DNA of 64,000 nt from Planctomycetota bacterium. GTDB lineage: Bacteria; Planctomycetota; Planctomycetia; Pirellulales; UBA1268. Both the position numbers and the translations under genes were made by a program. The notes under the pieces are model-generated. The model was given only the letters and a program-made list of their open reading frames with translations, was not told the DNA's origin and did no database searches. Shown here in pieces: positions 1-8,559 of this stretch. The stretch lies in NCBI GenBank assembly GCA_018970605.1, contig JAGWWA010000003.1, forward strand, positions 2,289 to 66,288, given 5' to 3'. The first letter of the stretch is position 1. Each line of letters starts with the position of its first letter.

Positions 1-48
1 AAACCCGCTGGCGATTCTCTGAGTCGTGTCAGGGCGAGAACTCAGCGA

Positions 49-178
49 GGGGCTGCCCATGCCCTCGAGCGAGCTATGGGAGCAAGCGCAGCCAGGATGG
101 CGAAGCGCAGCGGACATGCAGTGAGTCGAGGCCGGGAAGGCCGAGACGAACGTCCAGCGAGAGGGCGTGGGCAGCCTC
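49..178 (+). repeat. ~135-bp hairpin/MITE-like intergenic element, copy 1
   Basis: Terminal inverted arms GGGGCTGCCCATGCCCTC...GAGGGCGTGGGCAGCCTC; core GGGAGCAAGCGCAGCCAGGATGGCGAAGCGCAGCGGAC shared with copies at 26135 and 45889. Confidence 0.85.
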
Positions 179-197
179 GAGCCCCCGCGATAGGCAG

Positions 198-221
198 ACA
201 CAGGTTGACAACCTGCGCGAC
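198..221 (-). repeat. degenerate GTAG-type REP palindrome
   Basis: Minus strand GTCGCGCAGGTTGTCAACCTGTGT resembles GTAGCGCAGGTTTTCAACCTGCG at 37485-37507. Confidence 0.55.
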
Positions 222-265
222 GAGCCTCCCCGAGCCTCCCACCGTGATCGTGCTGCCGCTGTGCC

Positions 266-310
266 AAAAATGAACCGGCCCGGATCGGCGGGGCCGATCC
301 GGGCCGGGTT
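266..310 (-). terminator. probable intrinsic terminator downstream of DUF937 gene
   Basis: 15-bp perfect stem CCGGCCCGGATCGGC/GCCGATCCGGGCCGG (275-307), followed on the minus strand by TTCATTTTT, ~30 bp after the stop. Confidence 0.7.
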
Positions 311-336
311 TGATCACGCCTGGCTGCGCCGAGGGC

Positions 337-1476
337 TCACTTCGACATCTTGGTGAGCGTCTCGACCATCGGGCCGACGACCGGGCCGAGCAGGTCCTTG
401 ACGCCCGGGAGCGCCATGACCGTGTCGATCACCTTCGTCAGCATGCCCAGGTTCTTGCCGATGAAGTCGGCGAACACGGGCTGCTCCTCGGCCGGCAGCT
501 TGCCGGCCTCATCCTCGAGCGAGGTGAGCATCGGGGCGAGCTTCTCGAGTTCCGGCACCGCGAGGCGGGCCGTCTCTTCGTTGGTCACGCCCTTGAGGAC
601 GCTCGACAGGCCGCCGAAGAGTTCGGTGGCGTTCTTGCCGATGCGGACCGCCTCCAGGAACTTCGGGTCGATCGAGAACGAGTCGACGACGGTGTCGGTC
701 ACGTTCCGACCCTGACGCTCGATCACCTCGGTGACCCGCTCGGTCACGGGGCCGATCTTCCGCTCGCCTTCGACCACCACGGCCTCGCCGGCCTTCTTGG
801 CCTGATTCTGGTTCCAGAGGTACCAGCCAAGGCCGAGGGCGCCGAGCGCCAGCAGCGGGAGGAGCCAGCCGGGCAGGCCGCCGGCAGGCTGCGGCTCGTG
901 CGAGTGGCTGCCGTGGCGGGCGGGGGTGGCCGAGCCACCGCTCACCGCGCCGAAGTCACCGAGCGACAGGCCGCGCGGCAGGGCGTTGCGGATGTTGCCG
1001 GACTGCTCCGAGAACAGACGCGACACGCTGGCAGCGTCGGGCTTGCCCGTGAACTGCTTGGCCACCATGCCGAGCACCATCGGGGCGAGGTAGGTGAGCA
1101 GCGTCTTCATGATGCCCGGCTGCATGCCGGCGAACGACGCAATCGTGCCGACGAGGCTCGAGAGGTTGTTGCCGCCGCCGAGCAGCGAGGTCAGGAGGTT
1201 GCCGCCGAGGCTGCCGAGGCCCGATGCCTGGCTGCCGCCGAGCAGGCCGGCGAGGTTGCCGAGCATGCCGAGGTCGAGGCCGCCCATCGCCTTGGCGAGT
1301 TGGTCGGCGCCACTGTTGGTCTGCGCCATCTTGCCAAACACGTTGAGCAGGGCCGGCACGGCGGCGCTCGTCGCGGTCTTGGTCTGCGAGTCGTTGGCGC
1401 CGATGAGGCCGCCCAGCTTGCTCAGCACGTCGGGCGACGTGAGCTGGCTCATGATCAGATCCGAAATGTTCATCAT
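337..1476 (-). CDS. DUF937-domain protein with central TM helix and helical C-terminus
   Basis: N-terminus (LSKLGGLIG..TSAAVPALL..LAPMVLGMV) typical of DUF937; TM WLLPLLALGALGLGWYLW; GGAG upstream of the start. Confidence 0.75.
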   Translation of the reverse strand: MMNISDLIMSQLTSPDVLSKLGGLIGANDSQTKTATSAAVPALLNVFGKMAQTNSGADQLAKAMGGLDLGMLGNLAGLLGGSQASGLGSLGGNLLTSLLGGGNNLSSLVGTIASFAGMQPGIMKTLLTYLAPMVLGMVAKQFTGKPDAASVSRLFSEQSGNIRNALPRGLSLGDFGAVSGGSATPARHGSHSHEPQPAGGLPGWLLPLLALGALGLGWYLWNQNQAKKAGEAVVVEGERKIGPVTERVTEVIERQGRNVTDTVVDSFSIDPKFLEAVRIGKNATELFGGLSSVLKGVTNEETARLAVPELEKLAPMLTSLEDEAGKLPAEEQPVFADFIGKNLGMLTKVIDTVMALPGVKDLLGPVVGPMVETLTKMSK

Positions 1477-1704
1477 CTAACTCCAGAAGGAAGATACGAG
1501 GGTAAAAAACCACGAAACGAGTTCAGTCATTGTCCCGCCCCGCCGGGCGGCGGCCTCGGATCGCGGAGGGGTGTGGAACCATTCCCCGGATCGTCGGAAC
1601 GGACAGTTTTTGTAAATGCTGTCAGGGCGGTTCGCAACGCACCGGCAAAAACCGCTGGGCCGGGGTGTTCGGGGGCGTCTTTTCCGCCGAAAGGACGTGC
1701 TCCC

Positions 1705-4509
1705 TCACCAGTAGACGTACTGTAAAAAGCGCTCGCGGTCGGCCGCGGGCAGGTCGTCGATCCTGGGCACGACCCAGCGGTTCTCGTCGGTGTCGATGAG
1801 CATCTTGCCACCGGTGCCGAAATCAAAAGCCTGGCCCTGAGTCCAGCGTGCCGTGAACCGCCGCCGGCCCACGTCGCTCTCGACGTCGAAGTCGAGATAG
1901 CCGTGCACGAGCCGCACGTCGTGCACCCGGCGGATGTCGCGGATCAGCGCCCGCCGCTGCAACGCGACGCGGATGACGTCCTGTTCCGCTGCCGGCCAGT
2001 CGCCGAGCCGACGAATCATGCCCAGTTCCACCTCGTCGCCGTGCTCGTCCCATCCGCGGACGGAGAGATACTCTTCGGGATGCGTCGCCGGAAATGTCCG
2101 AATGATGAAGATGCCGGAGGCCGCTGCGCCACCGGACGAGTGCATCTCGATCCGCTCCTGAGCGCCGATGCTGAAGTGGTGCCGGGCGGGCTCCAGCCAG
2201 GCAATGCTTGCGGCCGTGGAGGAGGTTGACTCGGGCGGCGAGTCGTCCGGGCCCGACGCCGACTCCTCTTCGGCGATCAGCGTGTCGATCGTCGGCTGCT
2301 TCGTGACCTGCGTCTGGATCCGCACGAGGCGGGCGTAGACGCCGTCGGCGGCGAGCAGTTCGGCGTGTGTGCCCTGCTCCACCAGGCGGCCACGGTCGAA
2401 GGCCAGGATGCGGTCGGCGTTGCGGAGCGTGGAGAGCCGGTGGGCGATTGCGATCGTCGTCCGCCCGCGGACGAGCACGGCGAGCGCTTCCTGGATCGCC
2501 TTCTCCGCCTCGGCGTCGATGTTGCTCGTGGCCTCGTCGAGCACGAGGATCCGCGGGTCGTAGAGGAGCGTGCGGGCGATCGAGAGCCGTTGCTTCTCGC
2601 CGCCGGAGAGCCCCGCGCCGTGCTCGCCGAGCAGGGTTTCGTACGCCAGCGGCTGCCGGCAGAGGAAGTCGTGGGCCCCGGCCGCCTTGGCGGCGGCAAG
2701 CCCCTCCTCGATCGTCGCCTGCGGCCGGCCGAAGGAGAGGTTTCGCCAGATCGTGCCGCGAAACAGGAAGGAGTCTTGAAAGACGATCCCGAGCCGCTCG
2801 CGGAGATCATGGGACGCGAGCTGGCGGATGTCGTGGCCATCGACCGTGATCGAACCCTCCTGGACGTCGTGGAAGCGGGCCAGGAGGTTCACCAGGGTGC
2901 TCTTGCCGGAACCCGACCGGCCGACGATCCCGATCATTTCGCCCGGTTGCACCTCGAACGACACGTCGTGCAGCACGGGCTGATTGCGGTCGTAGCCGAA
3001 GGTGACGTTCGCGAAGCGGATCTCGCCCCGCACGTCGTGCCAGGGCTCCGGCTTCGCGGGCTCCGTGACCAGTGCCGGGGTGTCGAGCAGTTCGAGCACC
3101 CGCTTGCTGCCGGAGAGGAAGCTGGTGAGCCAGGTGGTGAAGTTGGAGAGCGCGCCGAGCGGGGCGTAGAACATGGCGAGGTAGGCGAGAAACGCGATCA
3201 GCTGCCCGAGCGTCATGCTGCCGCCGATCACATCGCGGCCACCGACATACCAGACGATCAGGCCGCCGAGGCTGAAGACGATCTGCATCGACGCGGCGTA
3301 GGTGGTGTTGGTGTGCTCCACCCACTGCCGCCAGCGGCGGAGGTGGTCGCTGGCGGCGTGGAAGCGTTCGAGCTCGCGGGACTCCTGGGCGAAGGCCTTG
3401 ACGACGCGGATGCCGGAGAGCATCCCGGAGAGCGTGGTCATTTGTTTGCTGGCCGCATCCCAGAGCCGGTAGTGCCGCGGGTAGACGTGCCGCCAGAAAA
3501 TCCACGACCCGAGAATCACCAGTGGCACCGGGATGAGCGTGAACATCGCCAGCTTGGGGTTGATCCAGACGAGCATCGCCCCGACGGCGACGAGCTGCAC
3601 GATCTGGAGCAGGAAGCCGCCGGTGATCTGGTGCATGAGGCCGTGCAGCACTTCGCTGTCGTGCGCGACCCGGCTGATCATCGAGCCCACCTGGTGGCGG
3701 TCGTAGTAGGCGACCGACAGGCCTTGGAGCTTCCGAACCATCTCCTCCCGGAGCGCCGAGGTGATCCCCGAGCCGATCGCGGAGGTCAGCCGCCCCTTGA
3801 TCACGCCCACCACGGCGAGGAGCACGCGGGAGAACGCCAGTGCGAGAACGACGACGAGCAGGGCCGTCTTGAAGTCGGGTGCGCTGCCGCCCGCTTCGCC
3901 GGCCTTGGCTGAGAGGATGTCGTCAACCATGTACTGCTGGAGCTTCGGCGGCACCAGTTCCGCGACCACGCCCACGAAGGTGAGCAGGCAGAGGAACACC
4001 GAGCCGCGGGCGTAGGGAGCCAGCAGGCCGCCGACCCGTCTGAGGATCTGCCCCTTCTGGAGGCATCGCGGACACGAATCCTCGGCCGTCTGGAGCCGCA
4101 GGCCACACGACGGGCACGCGGGAGGGTCGAGCGATCCCTCGAGTCCCTCCACCTCTCCGGGCAGTCCCGCGGCGAGCCGCTCACGCGATCGATCGAGTGC
4201 CCGCGACACCTTGTGGAACCTGGTGGCAAGGGCGTTGGAGTAGCGGACGAGGTCGATCCAGACGCCGTCGGTGCGGACCTGCAGCGAGCCGCCGCCGATG
4301 CCGGACGTCGTGCGGACTTTCTCCACGCCCTGCCAGGCGACTGCGCGGAGGGTGTCGTGGCCGTCGGTGGCCGCGAGGTGGTCGGGTGTCACCACCAGCC
4401 ATTCGGCCGCGGGTTCGCCTGCGAGGCCGACGTCGGTGCCGACCGAGAGCAGGACCGGGCGGTGGTTGAGCCCTGCCGCATCGAGGCGGCGATGCACGTG
4501 GTCGGGCAT
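1705..4509 (-). CDS. ABC exporter (TM + NBD) with N-terminal extra domain and CxxC Zn ribbon, C-terminal DUF1854-like domain; start uncertain (4509 or 4614)
   Basis: Walker A GRSGSGKST, signature LSGGEKQR, Walker B ILVLDEAT; CPSC..CPRC; C-terminal FPATHPEEYLSV..LIDTDENRW. Confidence 0.85.
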   Translation of the reverse strand: MPDHVHRRLDAAGLNHRPVLLSVGTDVGLAGEPAAEWLVVTPDHLAATDGHDTLRAVAWQGVEKVRTTSGIGGGSLQVRTDGVWIDLVRYSNALATRFHKVSRALDRSRERLAAGLPGEVEGLEGSLDPPACPSCGLRLQTAEDSCPRCLQKGQILRRVGGLLAPYARGSVFLCLLTFVGVVAELVPPKLQQYMVDDILSAKAGEAGGSAPDFKTALLVVVLALAFSRVLLAVVGVIKGRLTSAIGSGITSALREEMVRKLQGLSVAYYDRHQVGSMISRVAHDSEVLHGLMHQITGGFLLQIVQLVAVGAMLVWINPKLAMFTLIPVPLVILGSWIFWRHVYPRHYRLWDAASKQMTTLSGMLSGIRVVKAFAQESRELERFHAASDHLRRWRQWVEHTNTTYAASMQIVFSLGGLIVWYVGGRDVIGGSMTLGQLIAFLAYLAMFYAPLGALSNFTTWLTSFLSGSKRVLELLDTPALVTEPAKPEPWHDVRGEIRFANVTFGYDRNQPVLHDVSFEVQPGEMIGIVGRSGSGKSTLVNLLARFHDVQEGSITVDGHDIRQLASHDLRERLGIVFQDSFLFRGTIWRNLSFGRPQATIEEGLAAAKAAGAHDFLCRQPLAYETLLGEHGAGLSGGEKQRLSIARTLLYDPRILVLDEATSNIDAEAEKAIQEALAVLVRGRTTIAIAHRLSTLRNADRILAFDRGRLVEQGTHAELLAADGVYARLVRIQTQVTKQPTIDTLIAEEESASGPDDSPPESTSSTAASIAWLEPARHHFSIGAQERIEMHSSGGAAASGIFIIRTFPATHPEEYLSVRGWDEHGDEVELGMIRRLGDWPAAEQDVIRVALQRRALIRDIRRVHDVRLVHGYLDFDVESDVGRRRFTARWTQGQAFDFGTGGKMLIDTDENRWVVPRIDDLPAADRERFLQYVYW

Positions 4510-4612
4510 TCCGGACGGTGGCCCGTGGCCGGCCGCGGCCGTATGCTCCTGCCTGTGAGCGGTCGTGGTGATCGCGGTTTCCTTCGCGCGGGTCCTTCGG
4601 AGAGCTTCGTCC

Positions 4613-5269
4613 ATGATCTACGAGCGTATGCCAGGGGTGGTTCGGCAGGCCATCGGGGCGGTGGTCGCCCTGGCGGTGGCGGTGGTCGCAGCAGACCGTG
4701 CCCGGGCCGTGGAAGAGGGCTTTGAGAGCCTGTTCAACGGGACGGACCTTGCCGGCTGGAAGGCCAACGAGAATCCTGACAGCTGGTCGGTGAAGGACGG
4801 CGAGATCGTCTGCAAGGGGCCCCGCAGCCACCTCTTCTACGTGGGGGCCGACCCGGCAAAGCCCGAAGAGTTCAAGAACTTCCACCTCAAGGCGGAGGTC
4901 CTGACGAAGCCGGTGGCCAACTCCGGCATCTTCATTCACACCGCCTTCCAGCCGGACGGCTGGCCGGCCCAGGGCTATGAAGTGCAGGTCAACAACTCGC
5001 AGCAAGACCCGGTTCGCACCGGCAGCATCTACAACGTCGTCAAGAACTTCACGCCGCCCGCCAAGGACGACACCTGGTTCGCGATGGACGTGATGGTCAA
5101 CGGCAAGGCCGTGGGTGTGGCGGTGGACGGTCGGGTGCTCTTCGAGTTCGTCGAGCCGGACGGCGCGACGGGCACACGGAAACTCTCGCGGGGCACCTTC
5201 GCCCTGCAGGCCCATGACCCAGGCAGCGAAGTCCATTACCGCAACATCCGCGTGAAGCGGATGCCGTAA
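4613..5269 (+). CDS. secreted DUF1080 (3-keto-disaccharide hydrolase-like) protein
   Basis: Signal peptide, then LFNGTDLAGW, NSG, GYEVQ, TGSIY, LQAHDPGS..YRNIRVK motifs; start 4613 or 4628. Confidence 0.85.
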   Translation: MIYERMPGVVRQAIGAVVALAVAVVAADRARAVEEGFESLFNGTDLAGWKANENPDSWSVKDGEIVCKGPRSHLFYVGADPAKPEEFKNFHLKAEVLTKPVANSGIFIHTAFQPDGWPAQGYEVQVNNSQQDPVRTGSIYNVVKNFTPPAKDDTWFAMDVMVNGKAVGVAVDGRVLFEFVEPDGATGTRKLSRGTFALQAHDPGSEVHYRNIRVKRMP

Positions 5270-5292
5270 CTCCTGGCCCTGCCGCACCGCTC

Positions 5293-5321
5293 AGGGCTGC
5301 CCGTGCCCGTCGCCGGACGCT
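5293..5321 (-). repeat. fragment (one arm) of the ~135-bp element
   Basis: Reverse complement GAGCGTCCGGCGACGGGCACGGGCAGCCCT matches the right arm of the 45889-46027 copy. Confidence 0.65.
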
Positions 5322-5362
5322 CGTTGCGGACCAGCAGGCCTTTTGGGGCAGCAGGGCGTGAA

Positions 5363-5509
5363 CCCCTCGCTTCCGCTCGGGGTTTCCTGATGTCGATCAT
5401 GGCACCGCCAGGAAGCCCCGAGCGGAAGCGAGGGGATCAACGGTTGCGAATGGTCACGCCTCGTTGTGAGGAGACCGCGCATCCCCTCGCTGGCGCTCGG
5501 GGTTTCCTG
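5363..5509. repeat. three REP-like hairpins (inverted pair 5363-5389/5409-5435 plus 5483-5509)
   Basis: CAGGAAGCCCCGAGCGGAAGCGAGGGG and two near reverse-complement copies. Confidence 0.8.
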
Positions 5510-5634
5510 TCAGGCTGACACTGTGCAGACCCCTGCGGCTGCATTTTTGAGCCGCCTATGCCGATAATGCCGGTGGTGCGGGCTGCGCCGGCGAGGGGCC
5601 GGAGGCCGCCCGCGACCAGACTCGGGAGGGATTC

Positions 5635-6597
5635 ATGGTCACCGGGAAACTGCCGGCGGGGATTCGCGACGACATCACCCAGTGCATCGGCCGCACGCCG
5701 CTGGTTCGGCTGCGGCGGGTCTCCGAGGGCTGCGTGGCCACCGTCGCCGGCAAGATCGAGAACATGAACCCGCTCTGGAGCGTGAAGGACCGCATCGCCG
5801 GCGCGATGATCGAGGCCGCGGAACGCGACGGCCTGATCGGTCCCGACACGGTGATCATCGAGCCCACCAGCGGCAACACGGGCATCGGCCTGGCCTATGT
5901 CTGCGCCGCCCGCGGCTACAAGCTGCGGGTCACGATGCCCGAAAGCATGAGCCTCGAGCGGCGGCGGATGCTCAAGGCGCTTGGCGCGGAGCTCGTGCTC
6001 ACGCCCGCGGCCGAAGGGATGCCCGGCGCCGTGCGGCATGCCGAGGAGATCAGCCACTCGAGCACGCAGTTTTTCATGCCGCAGCAGTTCAAGAACCCGG
6101 CAAACCCCGACGTGCACCGGCGGACGACGGCCGAGGAGATCTGGGCCGACACCGAGGGGCAGGTCGATATCGTCGTCTGCGGCGTGGGCACCGGCGGCAC
6201 GATCACGGGCGTCGGTGAGGCCCTCAAGGCGAAGAAGCCGGGCATCAAGGTCGTGGCTGTCGAGCCGGCCAACAGTCCGGTGATCACGCAGAAGCTTTCG
6301 GGTCAGCCGATCAAGCCGGGTCGCCACACGATCCAGGGAATCGGCGCGGGATTCATCCCCGATATCCTCAATCTCGACATCATCGACGAGGTGGTGAAGG
6401 TGGACGACGAGGATGCGATGGAGACGGCCCGGCAGCTCGCCAAGCGCGAAGGGCTGATGTGCGGCATCAGCTGCGGCGCCGCCGCGTGGGGGGCGCTGCA
6501 GGTGGCCCGACGATCGGAGAACGCCGGCAAGCTTGTGGTCGTGGTATTGCCCGACCTCGGCGAGCGGTATCTCTCGACGCGGCTCTTTCCGGAGTAG
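5635..6597 (+). CDS. cysK: cysteine synthase A
   Basis: SVKDRI PLP lysine, [30 protein letters not shown]; GGGAGG RBS. Confidence 0.95.
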   Translation: MVTGKLPAGIRDDITQCIGRTPLVRLRRVSEGCVATVAGKIENMNPLWSVKDRIAGAMIEAAERDGLIGPDTVIIEPTSGNTGIGLAYVCAARGYKLRVTMPESMSLERRRMLKALGAELVLTPAAEGMPGAVRHAEEISHSSTQFFMPQQFKNPANPDVHRRTTAEEIWADTEGQVDIVVCGVGTGGTITGVGEALKAKKPGIKVVAVEPANSPVITQKLSGQPIKPGRHTIQGIGAGFIPDILNLDIIDEVVKVDDEDAMETARQLAKREGLMCGISCGAAAWGALQVARRSENAGKLVVVVLPDLGERYLSTRLFPE

Positions 6598-6617
6598 GTG
6601 GAAGTCGCGCCCGTCTC

Positions 6618-6647
6618 GGGAAGCCCCATCGCGTGAGCGGTGAGGGC
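6618..6647 (+). repeat. REP-like hairpin (degenerate)
   Basis: GGGAAGCCCCATCGCGTGAGCGGTGAGGGC, similar to 6862-6892. Confidence 0.6.
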
Positions 6648-6669
6648 AGAGGTCAGGTCTGACGAGGGG

Positions 6670-6862
6670 AGCCGTACGCCTCACGGCGTTACGCTTCCTG
6701 GGCAGAGGGGGAGCCGTACGCCTCACGGCGTTACGCTTCCTGGGCAGAGGGGCAGCCGTACGCCTCACGGCGTTACGCTTCCTGGGCAGAGGAGCAGCCG
6801 TACGCCTCACGGCGTTACGCTTTCTGGGCAGAGGGCAGCCGCACGCCTTACGCTTCCTGGGC
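6670..6862. repeat. 42-bp tandem repeat of a REP-like hairpin, 4 units plus a degenerate fifth
   Basis: Unit AGCCGTACGCCTCACGGCGTTACGCTTCCTGGGCAGAGGGGG starting at 6670, 6712, 6754, 6796 and 6837 (deleted). Confidence 0.95.
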
Positions 6863-6892
6863 AGGAAGCCCAATCGCGTGAGCGATGGGGGC
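6862..6892 (+). repeat. REP-like hairpin, type A
   Basis: CAGGAAGCCCAATCGCGTGAGCGATGGGGGC; reverse-complement copies at 26040 and 46047. Confidence 0.85.
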
Positions 6893-6905
6893 TGTGTGGA
6901 GCGCC

Positions 6906-7694
6906 TTACCGCCGCCGCTGGGCGAACAGCCAGTCGAGCACCGCGGGATTGCGATAGGCCGCCGTCCACGAGTCGTGGCCGACGCCCTCGAGTTCCGAGT
7001 AGATGGGTGTCCCGCCGGCGGCCTTGAGCGCCGCGATCATCGAGCGGGAAAGCCCGACGGGCACGAGCGGATCCGACTCACCGTGGAAACACCACGTTGG
7101 CAGCGCCGCGATCCGTGTCGCCGTGGCTTCGTCGCCACCGCCGCAGATCGGCAGGATCGCGGCGAATGTGCCGGGCGACCGGGCCGCAAGATCCCACGTG
7201 CCATAACCCCCCATCGAGAGTCCGGTGAGGTAAAGGCGATTCCGGGCGGCCGCCGGCTCAGAGGCCAGCACGGCCTCGAGGGCGGCGATCGCTGCGGCCC
7301 CGTCGGTGGTCGGCGTGTCGGGCAAGGCCGCTGTCTTCTTGGTCTGCCAATCGAACGCGCTCCAGGAATGCTCCTCGCGACACTGCGGCGCGACGAGAAA
7401 GCAGGGATGCCGGCTCCGCAGCGACGGCTCCGCCATCCACGTGGGGAAGAACTTCAGCTGCCGCTCGTTGTCGTTGCCCCGCTCGCCCGCGCCGTGCAGA
7501 AACAGCACGACGGGATAGGTCGTCGCCGGCTCGATCGTGGCCGGCCGCAGCAGCCGGTAGCGGAACTCGACCGGCTCGCCCCGTTCGGTCACGGTGAGCG
7601 TTCGCGACTCGTAGGCATCGGCGTCCGACTCCCCGGCCACCAACTGCGTGTGCATCAGCACGACCGCTCCCAGGATGAGGCCTCGAACCAGCAT
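6906..7694 (-). CDS. secreted alpha/beta hydrolase (phospholipase/carboxylesterase/peptidase-like)
   Basis: LFLHGAGERG, GLSMGGYG nucleophile motif, FHGESDPLV, GHDSW. Confidence 0.85.
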   Translation of the reverse strand: MLVRGLILGAVVLMHTQLVAGESDADAYESRTLTVTERGEPVEFRYRLLRPATIEPATTYPVVLFLHGAGERGNDNERQLKFFPTWMAEPSLRSRHPCFLVAPQCREEHSWSAFDWQTKKTAALPDTPTTDGAAAIAALEAVLASEPAAARNRLYLTGLSMGGYGTWDLAARSPGTFAAILPICGGGDEATATRIAALPTWCFHGESDPLVPVGLSRSMIAALKAAGGTPIYSELEGVGHDSWTAAYRNPAVLDWLFAQRRR

Positions 7695-7695
7695 C

Positions 7696-8394
7696 TCACT
7701 CCTCGTCGGCCGTGTCGCCGATGGCGAGCTTCACCCGTCGCGGCATCGTCATCCGGGCGAACATCCCCAAGGCCCCCTTCGGCAGGCCGAGGAACTCGAG
7801 GTGCTCGAACCAGCCAGGCACCTCGGCGGCGAGTTTGCCGACGCGGGTGCCCCGGAGGTCGAGTCGCCGGAGGTTCTTGAGGTCCTTGAGCTGCAGCAGC
7901 CCCTCGTCGGTGATCGGGCCACCCACGAGGTCGAGCACCGTCAGATCCTTGAGGGAGTCCGATCGAAAACCGAGCAGCACCGCGAACACATCGTCGGCAC
8001 GGCCATTGGCGAGCCGCACCGCCACGAGCTTGTCGGCCACGTGGCCGAAGTCCTCGCCGAACGACCGCCGGAGCCAGTCGGTCTCCTCCATCTCGATGCT
8101 GCCCCCGCGCTCGATCGTCTCCGTGGCGACCTCCTGCTGTTGCGCGTAGGCGTCGATCTTCGATGCGAGCCACTCGATCTTGCTGGCCTTGAACTTGACG
8201 TACTCGTTGGCTTCGTCGAACGCCTTCTGGAGCCGAATGAATTCCTGTGGATCACCGCCGCGGTCGGGGTGGGCCTTCATCGCTTTGGCCATGTAGGCCT
8301 GCTTGACGTCCTCGAGCGTCAGCGGGGGACGGAGGCCGAGCATCGCCAGGCATTCCGGGATCTGGGCGTCGGGGAGTGGGGCGGCGTGCGACAT
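7696..8394 (-). CDS. J-domain protein with C-terminal leucine-rich repeats
   Basis: VKQAY..AHPDRGG..FIRLQKAF; LRR units ITDEGLLQLKDLKNLRRLDLRGT. Confidence 0.8.
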   Translation of the reverse strand: MSHAAPLPDAQIPECLAMLGLRPPLTLEDVKQAYMAKAMKAHPDRGGDPQEFIRLQKAFDEANEYVKFKASKIEWLASKIDAYAQQQEVATETIERGGSIEMEETDWLRRSFGEDFGHVADKLVAVRLANGRADDVFAVLLGFRSDSLKDLTVLDLVGGPITDEGLLQLKDLKNLRRLDLRGTRVGKLAAEVPGWFEHLEFLGLPKGALGMFARMTMPRRVKLAIGDTADEE

Positions 8395-8559
8395 GTGGGC
8401 GCTCTGGGAAATCGGGGTGGACGAAGCCTACGCGACGACCGTGCGGCCGTCCACGCGCGGCGGCCGTGGTTCGGCTTGATCGCCACCGCCGGATTGCCTA
8501 TCTCCACAGTGCCGCGGCCGGAGGGATCCGGTCGGATGCGGCATCCAAGGAGGGCAGTC

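Noticed and set aside
6670-6862. CRISPR array
   Set aside because: The units are contiguous 42-mers with ~11-bp near-identical linkers; there are no unique spacers and no cas genes.
5437-6969. ORFs running through the tandem repeat (5437-6969 minus, 6640-6957 plus)
   Set aside because: They are open only because the unit is a multiple of 3; the long one is antisense to cysK and there is no RBS or family signal.
7648-8559. N-terminal extension of the 950-aa PPIase ORF
   Set aside because: It overlaps the J-domain gene on the opposite strand; the RBS and export signal point to ATG 8560.
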